From NCBI GenBank assembly GCA_051294905.1, contig CM119371.1:29576001-29640000 (forward strand): 64,000 nucleotides of DNA. Direction: 5' to 3'. The DNA is from Botryllus schlosseri. Taxonomy: Eukaryota. Each line of letters begins with the position of its first letter. Positions within the stretch are counted from its first letter, which is position 1. Shown one piece after another: positions 47,908-60,518 of the stretch. A program made the position numbers and the translations under genes. Below the pieces are notes generated by a model that was given only the letters and a program-made list of their open reading frames with translations, searched no databases and was not told where the DNA came from.

Positions 47908-48302
47908 CTATGAACAATTAAGCTACAGCACTGTCTTATTAGTGATACGCTGTCAGTCACGAGAAATGCGGAATATGCGAATATACGTTGCCACGTTAAA
48001 AGCGAAGTTAGGATATGAAAATACAATCCTGATTGTAATATGGTCACAAAAATCTATGTATTTCGTTTTTTGGAAAAATGTCAATGAAAAACAGCAATTT
48101 ATGTGAGACTGGCAGACGAAAACACCGGGAACAATCAGTACATGTTACCCGATGATTCATATCCGACTCAACTGGGATTTGATGCCATCGAACCCAATGT
48201 GTGATGGTTGACCAATTTATTGTCTGCAGCTAAGATTGAGATAGAATTCGACCTCATAGCTGTTTATTCTTCAATTCTGTCACTTCAAAAGCTGACGTCG
48301 CA

Positions 48303-49730
48303 ATGGCTTCTCGTCCAGCTCGGGATTATGCGACATATTTTCCACGTCCAACCGACGCCGATAAAAATGTCTGCGAGATCTGTGGCATGGAACTCCGTGG
48401 CGGGAATATCTTGCAAAAGCACGTGAGGATTCACATTGGAGTAAAAGACCATGAGTGCGACATATGCGGGAAAGCATTCGTTTTCGAGAGTGACGTGAAA
48501 CAGCATATGAAATATCACACAGGACGTAAAGAGTGCATGTGTGAGATATGTGGGAAAGTATTCCCGGAAAAAAGAAACCTGGGACAACACATGAAAATTC
48601 ACAGTGCGGGTAAAAAGTTTGAATGCGATGTATGTGGAAAAGCCTTCATTTTTGTTACTGCGACTAAAACACACATGCGAGTACACCTCCGACTCGATTA
48701 TTTCATGTGCGAAATATGCGGGAAAGCATTCACTAGCAGAGGCAAAATGACGACACACGTGAGAATTTACGCCGGAGTTAAAACTTTTGTGTGTGAGATA
48801 TGCGGGAGAGGATTCATTTTCGCGTCTGATTATAGAAAAAACGCGAAAACTCACATCGGACGTAAAGATTGGGAGTGCCAAATATGCGGGAAAGCTTTCG
48901 CTCAGAGGAGGCATCTCAGACAACACATGGATATTCACACTAGCGTTAAACGGTACAAGTGCGAAATATGCGGCATGGATTTTACGAAAAAGTGTGGCTT
49001 AACATCGCATTCGGTAATTCACACAAACGAACAGAGATATCGATGCGATATCTATGACAGACGATTTCGTTCTAAAAAAGCTCACAATTATCATGTCTTT
49101 AGTCATTTTGTTGCAAAACAATACAAGTGCGATGTTTGTGGCATGGAGTTTCGATAAAAGAGGGTATTGGCTACGCACGTCGCAGTTCATTTGGGTCTAA
49201 AGGAAAATGAGCATGGCTGCGAGATCTGCGGGAAAGTATATAGCACGCGAGCTTGCCTGAGACTGCATTTTAAAAGAACGCGTACCAAGATTAAGGAGTG
49301 TATATGTGGAATTTGCGGAATGGCGTTTTTCCTCAGAGTCGATTTAAGACGACATTCACTGATTCACATCGACCCAAAGCAGCATTCTTGTCATGTTTGC
49401 AACAAACAGTTTCACTGTAAATATAATTTAGAGAAGCACTATCGAATTCATTACGGCAGTGAAATGTTAAAATGTGATGTATGCGGCAAGGAACTTCGTG
49501 ACAAAGTCAAGTTGAAGTCGCACATGTTAATTCATTTTAATTTAAAAGACCATAAGTGTGCCATATGCAACAGGGAATTTCGTCGCAAATACGATTTAAC
49601 GTTGCATATGAAAATTCATTTGGATACCAAAGAATATAAATGTGGGGCATGCGGGAGGGAGTTTCTCCATAAATCGAGTTTAAAGCATCACGCACTATTT
49701 CATTCCAGTGTAAATGCATCAGAGAATTAA
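48303..49730 (+). pseudogene. ZNF-D: 16-finger paralogue of ZNF-B with one in-frame TAA
   Basis: ORFs 48303-49157 and 49167-49730 share a frame; TAA at 49155-49157 lies in finger 10. Zn ligands are lost in fingers 5, 6, 9 and 11. Confidence 0.88.
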
Positions 49731-50414
49731 TACACGGGATCTTCTGCTCGAAATTCAGAACACGTTCTAATTGAATAGCCTTGCAAATGAATGAGTTCCC
49801 CGTTAATATTTATACCTGTAATCATATGGAACAGGGGTTCTCAAACTGTTGTGTGCGTACCCTAGGGTTACGATAAAATTAATGTGCTAGTCGATCAACT
49901 TCATTTTCAGGCACTGCGACAATTTCTGCTGTAACGATTTGAGGTTATGTACCGAAACGAGAAAAAAGGTCTAGGCCTACTCGATGCTGTGTTCACATTG
50001 TTGTGCGACGCAATAAATCGGTTTTGATATTGCTGTGTGACATTTGCGGTGCGTTAGTAAATTTCTGTTTCGCTGTGCAGCGGCTGTGATGCGCGATTTT
50101 CACAGCCTACTATAGATCGTATTAGTTCTACCTGAACCAGTGCCATTGGCTCGATATGAAGGCGTCCGTGCTATTTGAGACTTCAGTGTTTTGCTGGTGT
50201 GCATGTACTTGTACATGTACAATGTATACAATGATAAGCAGGCTATCGGACTGTCGAGAATCACAATGAAAATAAATTTCTGACAAACTGATTAGGCATT
50301 GCACCAGATCGTGGTCACTTCCACTACGCCACTAAGACTGCGCAATGTGCAGTGTATACCAAGCATCTATTAGTTAGATATACGTAAGTAATCGTATAGG
50401 ACAGGGGTCGGTAC

Positions 50415-51591
50415 CAGGGCTGTGGCGTCGGAGTCAGAGTTTCACTAATTTGTCCCTTAATGGAGTCGCAGTCAGAGTCTCAACATTTTAGCACACCTGA
50501 GAATCGGAGTCGTAAAACAAATACTGGGCGGAGTCTGGGTCGGAGTTTGTGTAAATGCTACTGACTCCGACTCCAACTTCTTCAATATAAAACCAAGTGC
50601 TTTCAAAGGTCTCTTAAAATTACTAATAATAAACAGAATAGTATTCGTATGTAGCAACAATCACTGTTATTAGTAACTATAATATTAAAATTATTTATCA
50701 ATTACAATGGGGTTGCACAGTTGAAAATAATTGCAGGATGCATTTCTGCGATCAACACAAAATCACTGATGCAGTCACAAACTATAGCGCAATTATTGGA
50801 ATTATACCATGGCACTGAGAAAGGGTAAATACATCATCTGGGTTTGTAAGTGACAACATCACTTTTATGCAACTATCACTTCTTACTTCACAAAATATAA
50901 AATATTTCTAGTAAGTAGGTCAGCCGCTAGTAAGTAGGTCACGCACAAGTGTGTGAAGAAAGACTGCAAGTATAGTCCTAGTCCATGTAGTGAGTAGGCA
51001 TATGCTATTTGAATATACTCCCCGTATTGCGTTTCTGACTACCGTTTATTAGTAGTTATAGAAAGTGTGCTTGTCATCAGTATAGTGCTAGTGAGAAAAT
51101 TTGTACATCTCAATATCAGTTGCTGACTCATACACAATGGCTACAATGGTATTGGTTTTATCTACATTGTAATTATAACGGATGTGGTATATATCATGTT
51201 CGAATGATTTAGACACATTCGAGTATCCATAGCTTGTCTATGTTATAATAACTGTACAGCATATAAAAAAAGGAAGGATATTTCGAAATGAAGACTTCAA
51301 TGTTAATTACAAATTGAATATTTCGAGCTATACCACAATGGAACAATTTTTCTTATGGTTAATGGTTATTAAAAGTCACTCAACCGCCAATGTGGCATAT
51401 AGTTTTCGTAGTAAACTTGTAATGCTGTTGGAGTCGGAGTCGGAGTTCTGTGAGGAAAATAGTCGGGGCCGGAGTCGGATTCGGTGCATTTGAAGACTTG
51501 AGAGTCGGAGTCGGAGTTGCAGTCGGTATGTTGAAAATGTCTAGTCTCTGAGTTCGAGTTGGTGGTCAAATTCACCGACTCGACAGCCCAG
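50415..51591. mobile_element. hAT-type MITE with GGAGTC repeats
   Basis: CAGGGCTGTGGCGTCGG / CCGACTCGACAGCCCAG ends, many GGAGTCGGAGTC motifs; TSD not found. Confidence 0.65.
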
Positions 51592-52311
51592 GCTCACGAG
51601 AACTATTTGGCAGTTCTAGGAATAAGGTTTCTTCCTCGAATTCGGACTGACTGCCAGGATATAAAATGTTGATGACTCGAGTTGAGTCGGGTTGACCGCT
51701 AAAATCAGAGAAGGACTTGTGACTTTGAACGCCGTAACCTTGTACGACCACGGACGCAACAAACTATCCATCTGGGGAACAGTAAGATATCAGAAGGTCG
51801 TAGCTGGCGTTGCGTAGGGTATACAGCTACCTGATCATTTCATGAAAACCACTGGCATTTTGTTGCCCTCATGATGCCTAGTTACATCCTTGGTGATCTT
51901 TTGTCTCCTTATCAATGTTCTTATCGCCGGTTGCGAGTAAGGTATAGTGGTACGCTCCCAAGTTGTAATCCCAATGGATTCATTCTATTTCAGAGCTTCT
52001 TAACCAGGGGTCCATGGATGCCTTCGTGGTACGAATCACTACATCAGGGGGTACGAGATGCATTGTGGAATTAGGCCTATATGAAGGGTTGCCATCGACA
52101 TGAATATAAAAATAAGGACAGCCGAAAAATTAGATTAGAATTAAAAACGCGTTTTTGCACATATTTTGTATTTATACGAGCCGTGTCATATCACATTCCA
52201 TTCTTTGCGCCAGAAATAATAATCTGCTCCAGCAACTTCTCGTTATTAGTAAGTGCTTCAGGGATCTCACGACAGCTCAGGTCTAGGTTTACCTTTAATT
52301 GTAGCTAGGAT

Positions 52312-52752
52312 TTCAATTCAATTCAATTTATTTCTCAAAATTTCATTATTTCAATACACCACAAGACTGCGTTACAATGAAAGATAGGAAGGAGTCGAAA
52401 CGACTTGGGGTAGTCTCTAAAATCAGACACCCACCTGGCCTAGGCGTTGTAGAATAAGATGAATGCACACTGATGAAAAGTCAAAGAAGATAATATAAAA
52501 GGACAGGTGACAAAAAAGGTGACATGTGTCATGCTGGTCACTCGCTGGTAGATAGATAGATAGGCAACCTTTAAATCCAGTGTGTAATGTGCATGCCTCT
52601 TATTTACATTTACATGCTATATGCCAAGATGGGTGTTTGATTAAAAGACTATTCCTAGTCGTTTCGGTATCCTCCCATCTTTTATTATATCGCAATCTTG
52701 TGGTGTTTTGATTTGATAAAAAAAATGAACGAATGATGAACGAGTGATGAAT
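52312..52752. mobile_element. Two oppositely oriented LINE/SINE 3' tails
   Basis: 52312-52500 (-) with (TTGAA)n tail and 52570-52752 (+) with TGAA-type tail; same family as 26830-30097. Confidence 0.7.
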
Positions 52753-52799
52753 TTTTGATCTTGAATACCGTTCATCTGAGGTTGTGGTTCACAGCAAGA

Positions 52800-53300
52800 A
52801 CTGGACAAAATGATTCGAGTAATAATTCTAATGATTCGATTCGAGTCGAGTAGTAAAAGACGATTTTTTTCGAATACTGAAATTAGACGCTTCTCACCAC
52901 TGATAAAGATAATTTATCAACGAGAATTATAGTTCGATAATAATTTTCACGGTTGACGCCTTGAAACCTCGATTGGCGGTATGTTGACATACAAAACATA
53001 TAGTACAAAGCTCCGAAGGTTACTGGACGTGACACATTTCTGAATTCATGATGATTCTACAACATTGTAACCAAGTGGAATGAAATCGGTATGGTACATA
53101 AAATAGCAAAGTATCATTTATGAGATGGATAACAGCCATCATTTTTTTTGTGGTGGCATACACGGTACATGTTTGAACTTTGACGTAATTCATTCCGTTA
53201 TGACGTTATAATGAGTGATAGTCGATTACTCGACTCGAATCGAAGCATATTACGTGATTCAGAATCGAATCACTCAGGTATTCGATTTCGCCAAGCCCTA
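52800..53300. mobile_element. Degenerate MITE with GATTCGA/TCGAATC subterminal repeats
   Basis: Right end ...CGCCAAGCCCTA; inverted GATTCGAGTCGAGTA motifs at both ends. Confidence 0.5.
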
Positions 53301-55194
53301 ACAACAATACTAAACTGCATCACTCTTTTTGGTACTATGAACAGATATGCTGACCTTTTAATTTTGCAGACGTTTCACTCTCAAAAGTGGCACACTGCCT
53401 CTTTCCCCGATTTAGACTCGCTGAAAGATTCAGTACCTAGTTCGAAACATTTTGTCGAAAATCAACCTATCTAGCTTGACGGAAGTGAGTTAAGGGAGAA
53501 TTTGTGATCTAAAAGTACACACATAAAAGATCTCAAAATGTATTTTACATGAATTATACTAAAGCACTGCATTTATAGAAACATCTTGCAAACGTCGATT
53601 GTATATGTAGAAAATTCGGGATTTGATATATTTTGTCGAGTGTAAATTTGCAACGAAAACGCGGGGATGTATAGAACTATTTTTATATTATATGGTCATA
53701 TGTCTCTATGAGTACTACTACACCATCTAGTGCGACGTCATTTTTCTTCAGCGCTCCAATACCACTCCCTGAGTCCAGCGCCACCATATCGCTACCTTTG
53801 TGTTTCCATTCCCCTCAAAATTGAAATCGCCGGTTGGGGGGCGCTGGAGACCAGGTGAAGAATAATAACTACCGGGCTTCATCGATATGAATCGGTAACA
53901 CTATACATGAAGTGCAGGATGAAAATTGAGTATCTCGCCACCACGCTAGGTAGGGGAAGGTTCAGAATATTTTGCTATCAATTTAAAGATATAGACGACT
54001 AGTCATGCTTTTGCGATGTCAGACTGGTTGGTGGATTAGCGCTATCGGTAATATTTATGTCACGTTGCCGCTACAGTAGAATGAACAATCATTGCTATGT
54101 TGATCAACGCACCATCTTGTTTGCTTGGAAAGCTGGACATTGAGAAATGAGAACATCTGGCGCAGATAATCTACGTCGAGTTTTCGTGAATTATTTTAAC
54201 TCTCTGGTTAGAAAAAATTGTTTTGTTCTAATTTCTTGCTCGTGGGATATTTCGCAATACGCAAAATTTACGCGATTAGTATTATCCGACCAAACAGTAT
54301 CGTATCTGCATTCGCCGTGAAGAATGTGTATTATAATCAGCCCTACCAATTGTTGCAACCCAATTCACATATTCTGTAATATCTGTAACTTGTCGACCGT
54401 CGTCTCTAATGGGGCAACTTATCATAATCTGACTAGAAACATACCTGTTTGATGCGGGTGTGATCAGATTAGTTGACCATCACGGTCGTATCTATCATTC
54501 CTATCTGATACAGATTACTGTGTATGCATATTTTCTGTACCATCATCATCATATCTCGTTTCGCGAGTATAGAATAGTCAGTGAAGTCCTTAATTTGGGT
54601 GACGTCTGCAATTTTGTGTGGTTCTTGGAAGTGGCATGTGTTATCTCAATATGGATTCGACCATTAGTAACACAATTTTTATTTAGTAAAGCAGTAGGCC
54701 TACCAAGTCAGTAAATAACGACGACTTTTTATCTCAAAACTGTATTTCGTGGTCAGTACTCATATTTCTCAGGGATGACATTGTGTATTAGAGATTGAAG
54801 TAAACTGATAGTTTTCCCGTCACCGTATTGTTTTTTTTATTATCACCGCATCTGGGTACAGGACCACGTTGTACTGACAGCTGTCTATACTATGATGTAA
54901 GTAAAACACACGTCTTCCTGAGTAATGTTGGTGTTTTTTGATGATACAATTTCCAAGAGACAGAACGACTGACCAAATGACTTATACCAATGAAATCAAA
55001 TACGACAAATTTAATACAATCGTCACATGTTATCCTCATTTCGAAATAAACCAATATATTCTTACTAATACACAACAAATCGCTCCCTTACACACAAAGC
55101 ATGGTATCAAGAAGCATACAGCACGTGCACTGTGCAGCAATTGATTTTCAAAGCATATTGAAGCTAGATACACTACAGCACGAAAACTCGGTGA

Positions 55195-58100
55195 ACGGTG
55201 ACAGTTATGGCAGAAAACGCCTTTGTTGTGTTAAACAATCCTCATTTGTTGAATTCTTACAAAATCAAGATTAACATCTCTTAACAATTAGACTATAGAG
55301 AGTTAAGGAATTTCGAAATGACAACAATGCCAGACAGTGAGGAAACCTACAAGGTATTGATATCCATTACGTCGAAGATTTTTCGTAATTACGACCAACA
55401 CTTTTCTATATGATCAATCAAAAACATAAATCCGATTACACGTCAATTGAATTAAAAGTTAACGATAGTATTCCCGGCATCATATTCTGGTTGCTGTGAC
55501 ATAATTCGCCTTCTTCAAATAGACATCTCGCAGTTGTTGGGTCATGCAAAATTAGGAATAGCATGGCTAAACATATCCATTGGGCTATAGATTGACAACG
55601 AATTTCGAAATGACAACAATGCCGGACGGAAAGGAAAATTACAATGCATTGAGGTAATGTTCAGAATTACCATCAAATATGTCATAAGTCGTTAAAACAT
55701 GAATAGTAATCAGATTACATGTAAATTTGATTCAAAGTCAACGATAGTCATCTTTTTATATTTGCCGTGACGTAGCATCGCCTTCTATCAAATAGATAGA
55801 CAGATAGGGATAACATGACTAAACCATCAGACGATAGGAATATCGGATGTTTGGAAATGACGTCAATGATCAACGGTAAGGGCATCTCCAAGGCATTGAG
55901 ACCCATCATCTCAGGGAGGATTCATAATTACTACCAAAACTTCAATAAATCTTTAAAAATAAACAGAAATCCGAATATATCTAATGTCTACTCAAAGTCA
56001 AAAGTAGTTAATAAATTCAAGTCATTTTTTCGGTATTTTCAACATGATTACGACCTAAGCTAATAAAGATTTTAAAAAGTAGGCAGAAATCCGATTACAT
56101 GTCAATTCAAAGTCAACAATTATGGCAATATTATGGTTGTTGTGACATAATACGCTTTCGTTCACCTAAACATGCCACAGTTGTTGGTTCTTACAAAATT
56201 AGCAATAAGCTCGCTAAACCATCAGACTACAGGGCGATAAGGAACTTAGAAATTACAACAATGTCAGACGGTAGGTAGTGTAACCGCAATTAATTTAGAA
56301 ACTATTGGACCTGGTGAGAAAGGCCATAGTGGCCACCAACCATAGTACAATACTAACAACAACAACAACAACAACAACGACGACGGAGAACTTCAAAGCA
56401 TTGAGTGATTGAGATACATCATCTCATTAAATATTCATATTTACGACGTACACTACTATCATTTAAAAAAAACAGAAAACCGATTACAGGTAATGTCGAC
56501 TGAAAGTAAAAAGTGGCTATTAATTCTAATCATCTTTTGGTATGATTCAAATAACGTGCCTTCTTTAACAAACAATGTACAACAAAATTACAAAAATGCT
56601 AAACTGTAATGAAATCTCAGCTTGGAATACCACCGCTAATTATATTAATAACACTACCGGGTGTTAAGACAACACTACCAGACGGTACGGAAATCTCCAA
56701 CACAATAGATGAGGCGAGCTAAGGACCGTTCATAATCACGACCAAAACTGCCCTGAATTATTTGAAAGAATCAGAGGTCCGATTACATTAATGTCACCTT
56801 AAAGCAGTGTTTCCCAACCTTTTTCCACCCACGTACCACTTCGAGGTCTTATGCAGTGCTCGCGTACCACCTACATAATTTACGCACGCCGTAGGCGGTC
56901 AAAAATGTTTTCACCACTTATGACGCCATGATCACGTATTTTACTTATGTGGGGTGTAATAACTAGGACTATTTTTTACCTAAAAATCTGAGGATGTTAA
57001 TATAAAAAACTTAATTTCGACCAACTTTTGACCTCACGCAAATCGACCAACTTTTGACCTCACGTACGCAAATTAGGTGTTTTCGCTCATAATGTTAAAA
57101 TTATACTACTTATAATCATTTCTGGTTAGGACTGTCTGTCCTTACGAAGTAGTTAGGCCTGAAAAAGCGTTTTTGACTTGAAAACTGACAAATTTTGATA
57201 TGAAAAAACTTTATTTTAACGATATCTGGTCAAATAGTTACACCGTGTATTATGGTACAGTTAATTAAAATTTGTTGCAGTATAGCGAACGATACTTTCT
57301 CACATTTATCGGGTAGAAAGTGTCTGTCCTTACTAAGTATCTTGCCAAGAATGGAGAAAAACCGTTCAATAGCAGTAGTTGTTGGCTGACAACGCTGGAG
57401 TTGTGCGTTCACTGCAGGGGACACACCATGTTGTTTCATTCTGACAAGGCTGTCACCAATCACAATTATTCATCATGCGCTTCTTGATAAAAGAACCATG
57501 CAAAGCCCTAGCAGCCTTGCTTTAGTTAGGATATTGCGGTACGTTGACCATAACAACATGTCAATTGTCAACTTATTTGTATCGTTCGACAGTTTATGAT
57601 CCACGATCAGCAGACAATGGGCCATCAACAACGGCAGGCCTATAAAGTGGGCTACACGCTGTAAAATATCAAAATCTACGATACTAACGAAATAGAGAGG
57701 TGAAAAAAATTTTGACTTTGTAAACAATTTTCACGATTTTTTTACTTGATGCTTCAATTTTGTCAAAAAACAAATCGCCCTGGTGATACCAAATTCTATT
57801 AAAGTAAGCATCATCAGCCCGGTTTGATGAAATGCATAGAATTATTTTTTCATCACTAGTCTAAAAACTTGACAAAATTCAAAATCAACCTCACCTGAAC
57901 TAATAACTTCCTTCGGTCGAAAAAAACAGAATCTACTCGCGTACCACCTGGAAGACCTTCGCGTACCACTAGTGGTACGCGTACCACAGGTTGGGAAACA
58001 CTGCCTTAAAGTAAGAAGTAGTTAATAATTATAATTATTATACATTATTATATCGTATTTTGTAACGAAATGTGGCGTCGACCAAAATTACAAAGTATTC

Positions 58101-58760
58101 AAAACATATAACATATCCGATTACATGTAAATTCAATTCGAAGTAGAAGAAAAATAGTTTTCACCCATCGTATTATGGTTGTTGTGACATAATAAGGCTT
58201 CCTTCAAATTGGCAATCTTCAATTATTTAATTCTTACAAAGTTAGGAACAATATCGCTAATCCTATATGATTATCGCTAAAAGTAATGACTATCGGGAGA
58301 GAAGGAACTCCGTAATGACTACAATGCTACGCGACAAGAAAAACTCCAAATCATTGACATACACCGTCTCGGAGAATATTCATAATTACGACTAAACCGA
58401 ACAGAAATCCAATTACATGTAAATGCAATTCGAAGTAAATGATAGTTTTCACAACATGTTAATGTGCTTTTTGGTGATATAATACGACTACTTTCAGATA
58501 GAGAAGCCTCAGTTGTTTAGGTCCAGCAAACCTGGGAAGAACATCGCTTGTCATATTATTCATATTATCGGAAGTTAAGAAGTTTGGAAGTGACAACAAT
58601 GCTATACGGCAAAGAAAATCCCAAAAGAAATGAATGCATTGTTGGGGCGGTTCATAATTACGAGCAAAACGTCCTCTAATTTGTAAAAACAGAAACTGTT
58701 CCGATTACACGATCACACTCAAAGTAAATAGTAGCTATCAATTCAAGTCATGTGCCGTCG
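55195..58760. repeat. Degenerate tandem array, ~260-300-bp unit, about 9 copies
   Basis: Anchor CCGATTACA-like motif at 55432, 55711, 55971, 56091, 56480, 56779, 58117, 58409 and 58701. Recurrent ATGACAACAATG and CATAATTACGAC motifs. Interrupted by hAT 56805-58003. Confidence 0.8.
56805..58003 (-). mobile_element. Internally deleted hAT transposon retaining the transposase C-terminus
   Basis: Perfect 16-bp TIR CAGTGTTTCCCAACCT, perfect TSD CCTTAAAG, CGTACCAC repeats. 57230-57463 (-) encodes PTTTAIERFFSILGKILSKDR, the hAT dimerisation-domain motif. Confidence 0.92.
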
Positions 58761-58837
58761 TTCACAATGTACAATTAAGGTTCAGCGATCTGCTTTTACT
58801 CAATTTTCGCGCATTTTATATTTCCAATGCACTCAGT

Positions 58838-58932
58838 TCAATTAATTTCCACATCGTCTCCATTGTTAACCTCGATCACATTCATCTCAAGCTTTTGTGC
58901 TTGGGGCGGAGGAGGTGTTTCGGCAGACGACA
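58838..58932 (-). CDS. GRL101/RXFP-like GPCR, probable last coding exon
   Basis: CAG acceptor at 58935-58933, phase 1, (V)SSAETPPPPQAQKLEMNVIEVNNGDDVEIN-TGA, after an 80-nt GT-AG intron. If unspliced, the protein stops at TGA just after the TM7 exon. Confidence 0.65.
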
Positions 58933-59012
58933 CTGTTGAAAGATGGATGAGCTTCGTTAATATATTGATAGTATCGAGATTGTATGGAAATTGTGAGGTT
59001 ATGGTCACTGAC

Positions 59013-59180
59013 CTCTACTTCTCCATCTGCGGAACGACTCCGCAATCCACGAAAATAACTTCTGTCTCTGGGTCGAGAGGAGCTCCGGAAGGTCGGAATA
59101 GAGGAAGGGATTCAGAGCGCTGTTTATCGGGATTATGAGCAAGCCAGCTGGTAGATAAGCGTCGGGTGGAATATCGATAC
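59013..59180 (-). CDS. GRL101/RXFP-like GPCR exon (ECL3, TM7, helix 8)
   Basis: Acceptor TCTCAG, phase 1, (G)IDIPPDAYLPAGLLIIPINSALNPFLYSD...; PINSALNPxLY is the LGR-class TM7 motif; donor GTCAGT. Confidence 0.9.
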
Positions 59181-59237
59181 CTGAGATGTAATAAAATGTG
59201 TTAGTATTATGCCTATATCGAGTCTAATGATGTAGGG

Positions 59238-60508
59238 CAGAAGTTCTTAACCTTGTCTCCAGCGCCCCCCCCCCCCGAGGGGTGATTTAAATTTTGAAAA
59301 TGGTGGGAACTCTCAGGGGCCGATACGGAGGGAGGCTGAGCTCAGGGGGCGATATGGGGGCGCTGAAGAAAAATGACGTAACAGTAGATGAAGTAGTCGT
59401 TCTCGCAAGGACATGTGATTTTATGGTAGAACAACAGTTGCATTGGCAATAGATATATCCCAGAAGTCTCGTTGCCCATATACATTCAACAAAATTTATC
59501 GCAACTCGACATTTTTTCCTCGTGCCTCGCGCGAGATGTAATGGCGTCAGATGATACATGTTTCCGACAATGCAGTACTTGTTATAATAATTCATGTAAA
59601 ACGAAGGTTACGTGCAACATGCGCGTACTTTTAGTTCGCTAGTCCCCGTAACACTGCTCCATCACGCTAGGTAGGGAGTTGATCAACAAAACTTCTTATA
59701 CTAGGTATTATATCTTGCATCACACTACAACGCGTCGACATTGGGAAATGAGGCACTATACCACTTTCAAGGGTGAGCGACGTTTGAATGCTTTTTAGCC
59801 AAAATTATAAATTTGTACTTTATCCTATCGTCACTGTATTTCATCAACGCACCATAATGAATTATTCTGTTTGAGACACACAAGCACACATGTACACTAT
59901 ACAATATGGGTTGCTTTGTTAGGAGTAAATGTTTGTACAGCTTGTACAAGTATCACAAGTAACAAGGAACTTGTACAAACATCACAAGTAACAAGGAACT
60001 TGTACAAACAGTACAAGTACCGTACAAGTACAAGTATAGTACAGTACAAGTGAAGAACTAGGTGCATTATTCCCAAAATTTTAGCGAACTAAATTCAATA
60101 TGAGCATTGAGATTGAACATACGTCGAAACCACATTTTCAGTTGATGTTGTAGTCGTACAATCATACAAAACAATAAAACAAAATCCAGTACAATAAAGT
60201 TTGCCTTGTCGCCATTCGTAGAGCACGATGCGGGATGTAAACATTAAACGGTTGTTCTAACAATCTTAATTTGATCTCGAACACAGTTCGTACGATTATT
60301 AGACCAATAACTAGTCGAGTCATTGGGTGCGTTACAAGCGGTAAATATTTTCAAATACTGAAGTTAACAACTGTAAATGCCAACCGGAATAATACGAGAT
60401 ACGACCTCTTTCCAATCGTTTTTCGTGCAATCCCTAAAATATTGGGGGCGCCAGATAATCTGAATTTCAGAAAAGAGGCGCAGGAGGTAAAAAGGTTAAG
60501 AACTACTG
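59238..60508. mobile_element. Intronic non-autonomous hAT-like element
   Basis: CAGAAGTTCTTAACCT / AGGTTAAGAACTACTG ends, weak TSD (5/8). Left end matches ~53730-53865 inverted. Contains TACAAG-rich repeats with a 29-bp duplication (59952-60009). Confidence 0.6.
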
Positions 60509-60518
60509 GTGTACGTTT

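Noticed and set aside
54938..55170. Possible Penelope RT remnant (TYTNE...APLHTK...ARALCS)
   Set aside because: Resemblance is too weak to call without a profile search.
55195..58760. CRISPR-like array
   Set aside because: Whole ~290-bp units are homologous, there are no unique spacers or cas genes, and the context is eukaryotic.
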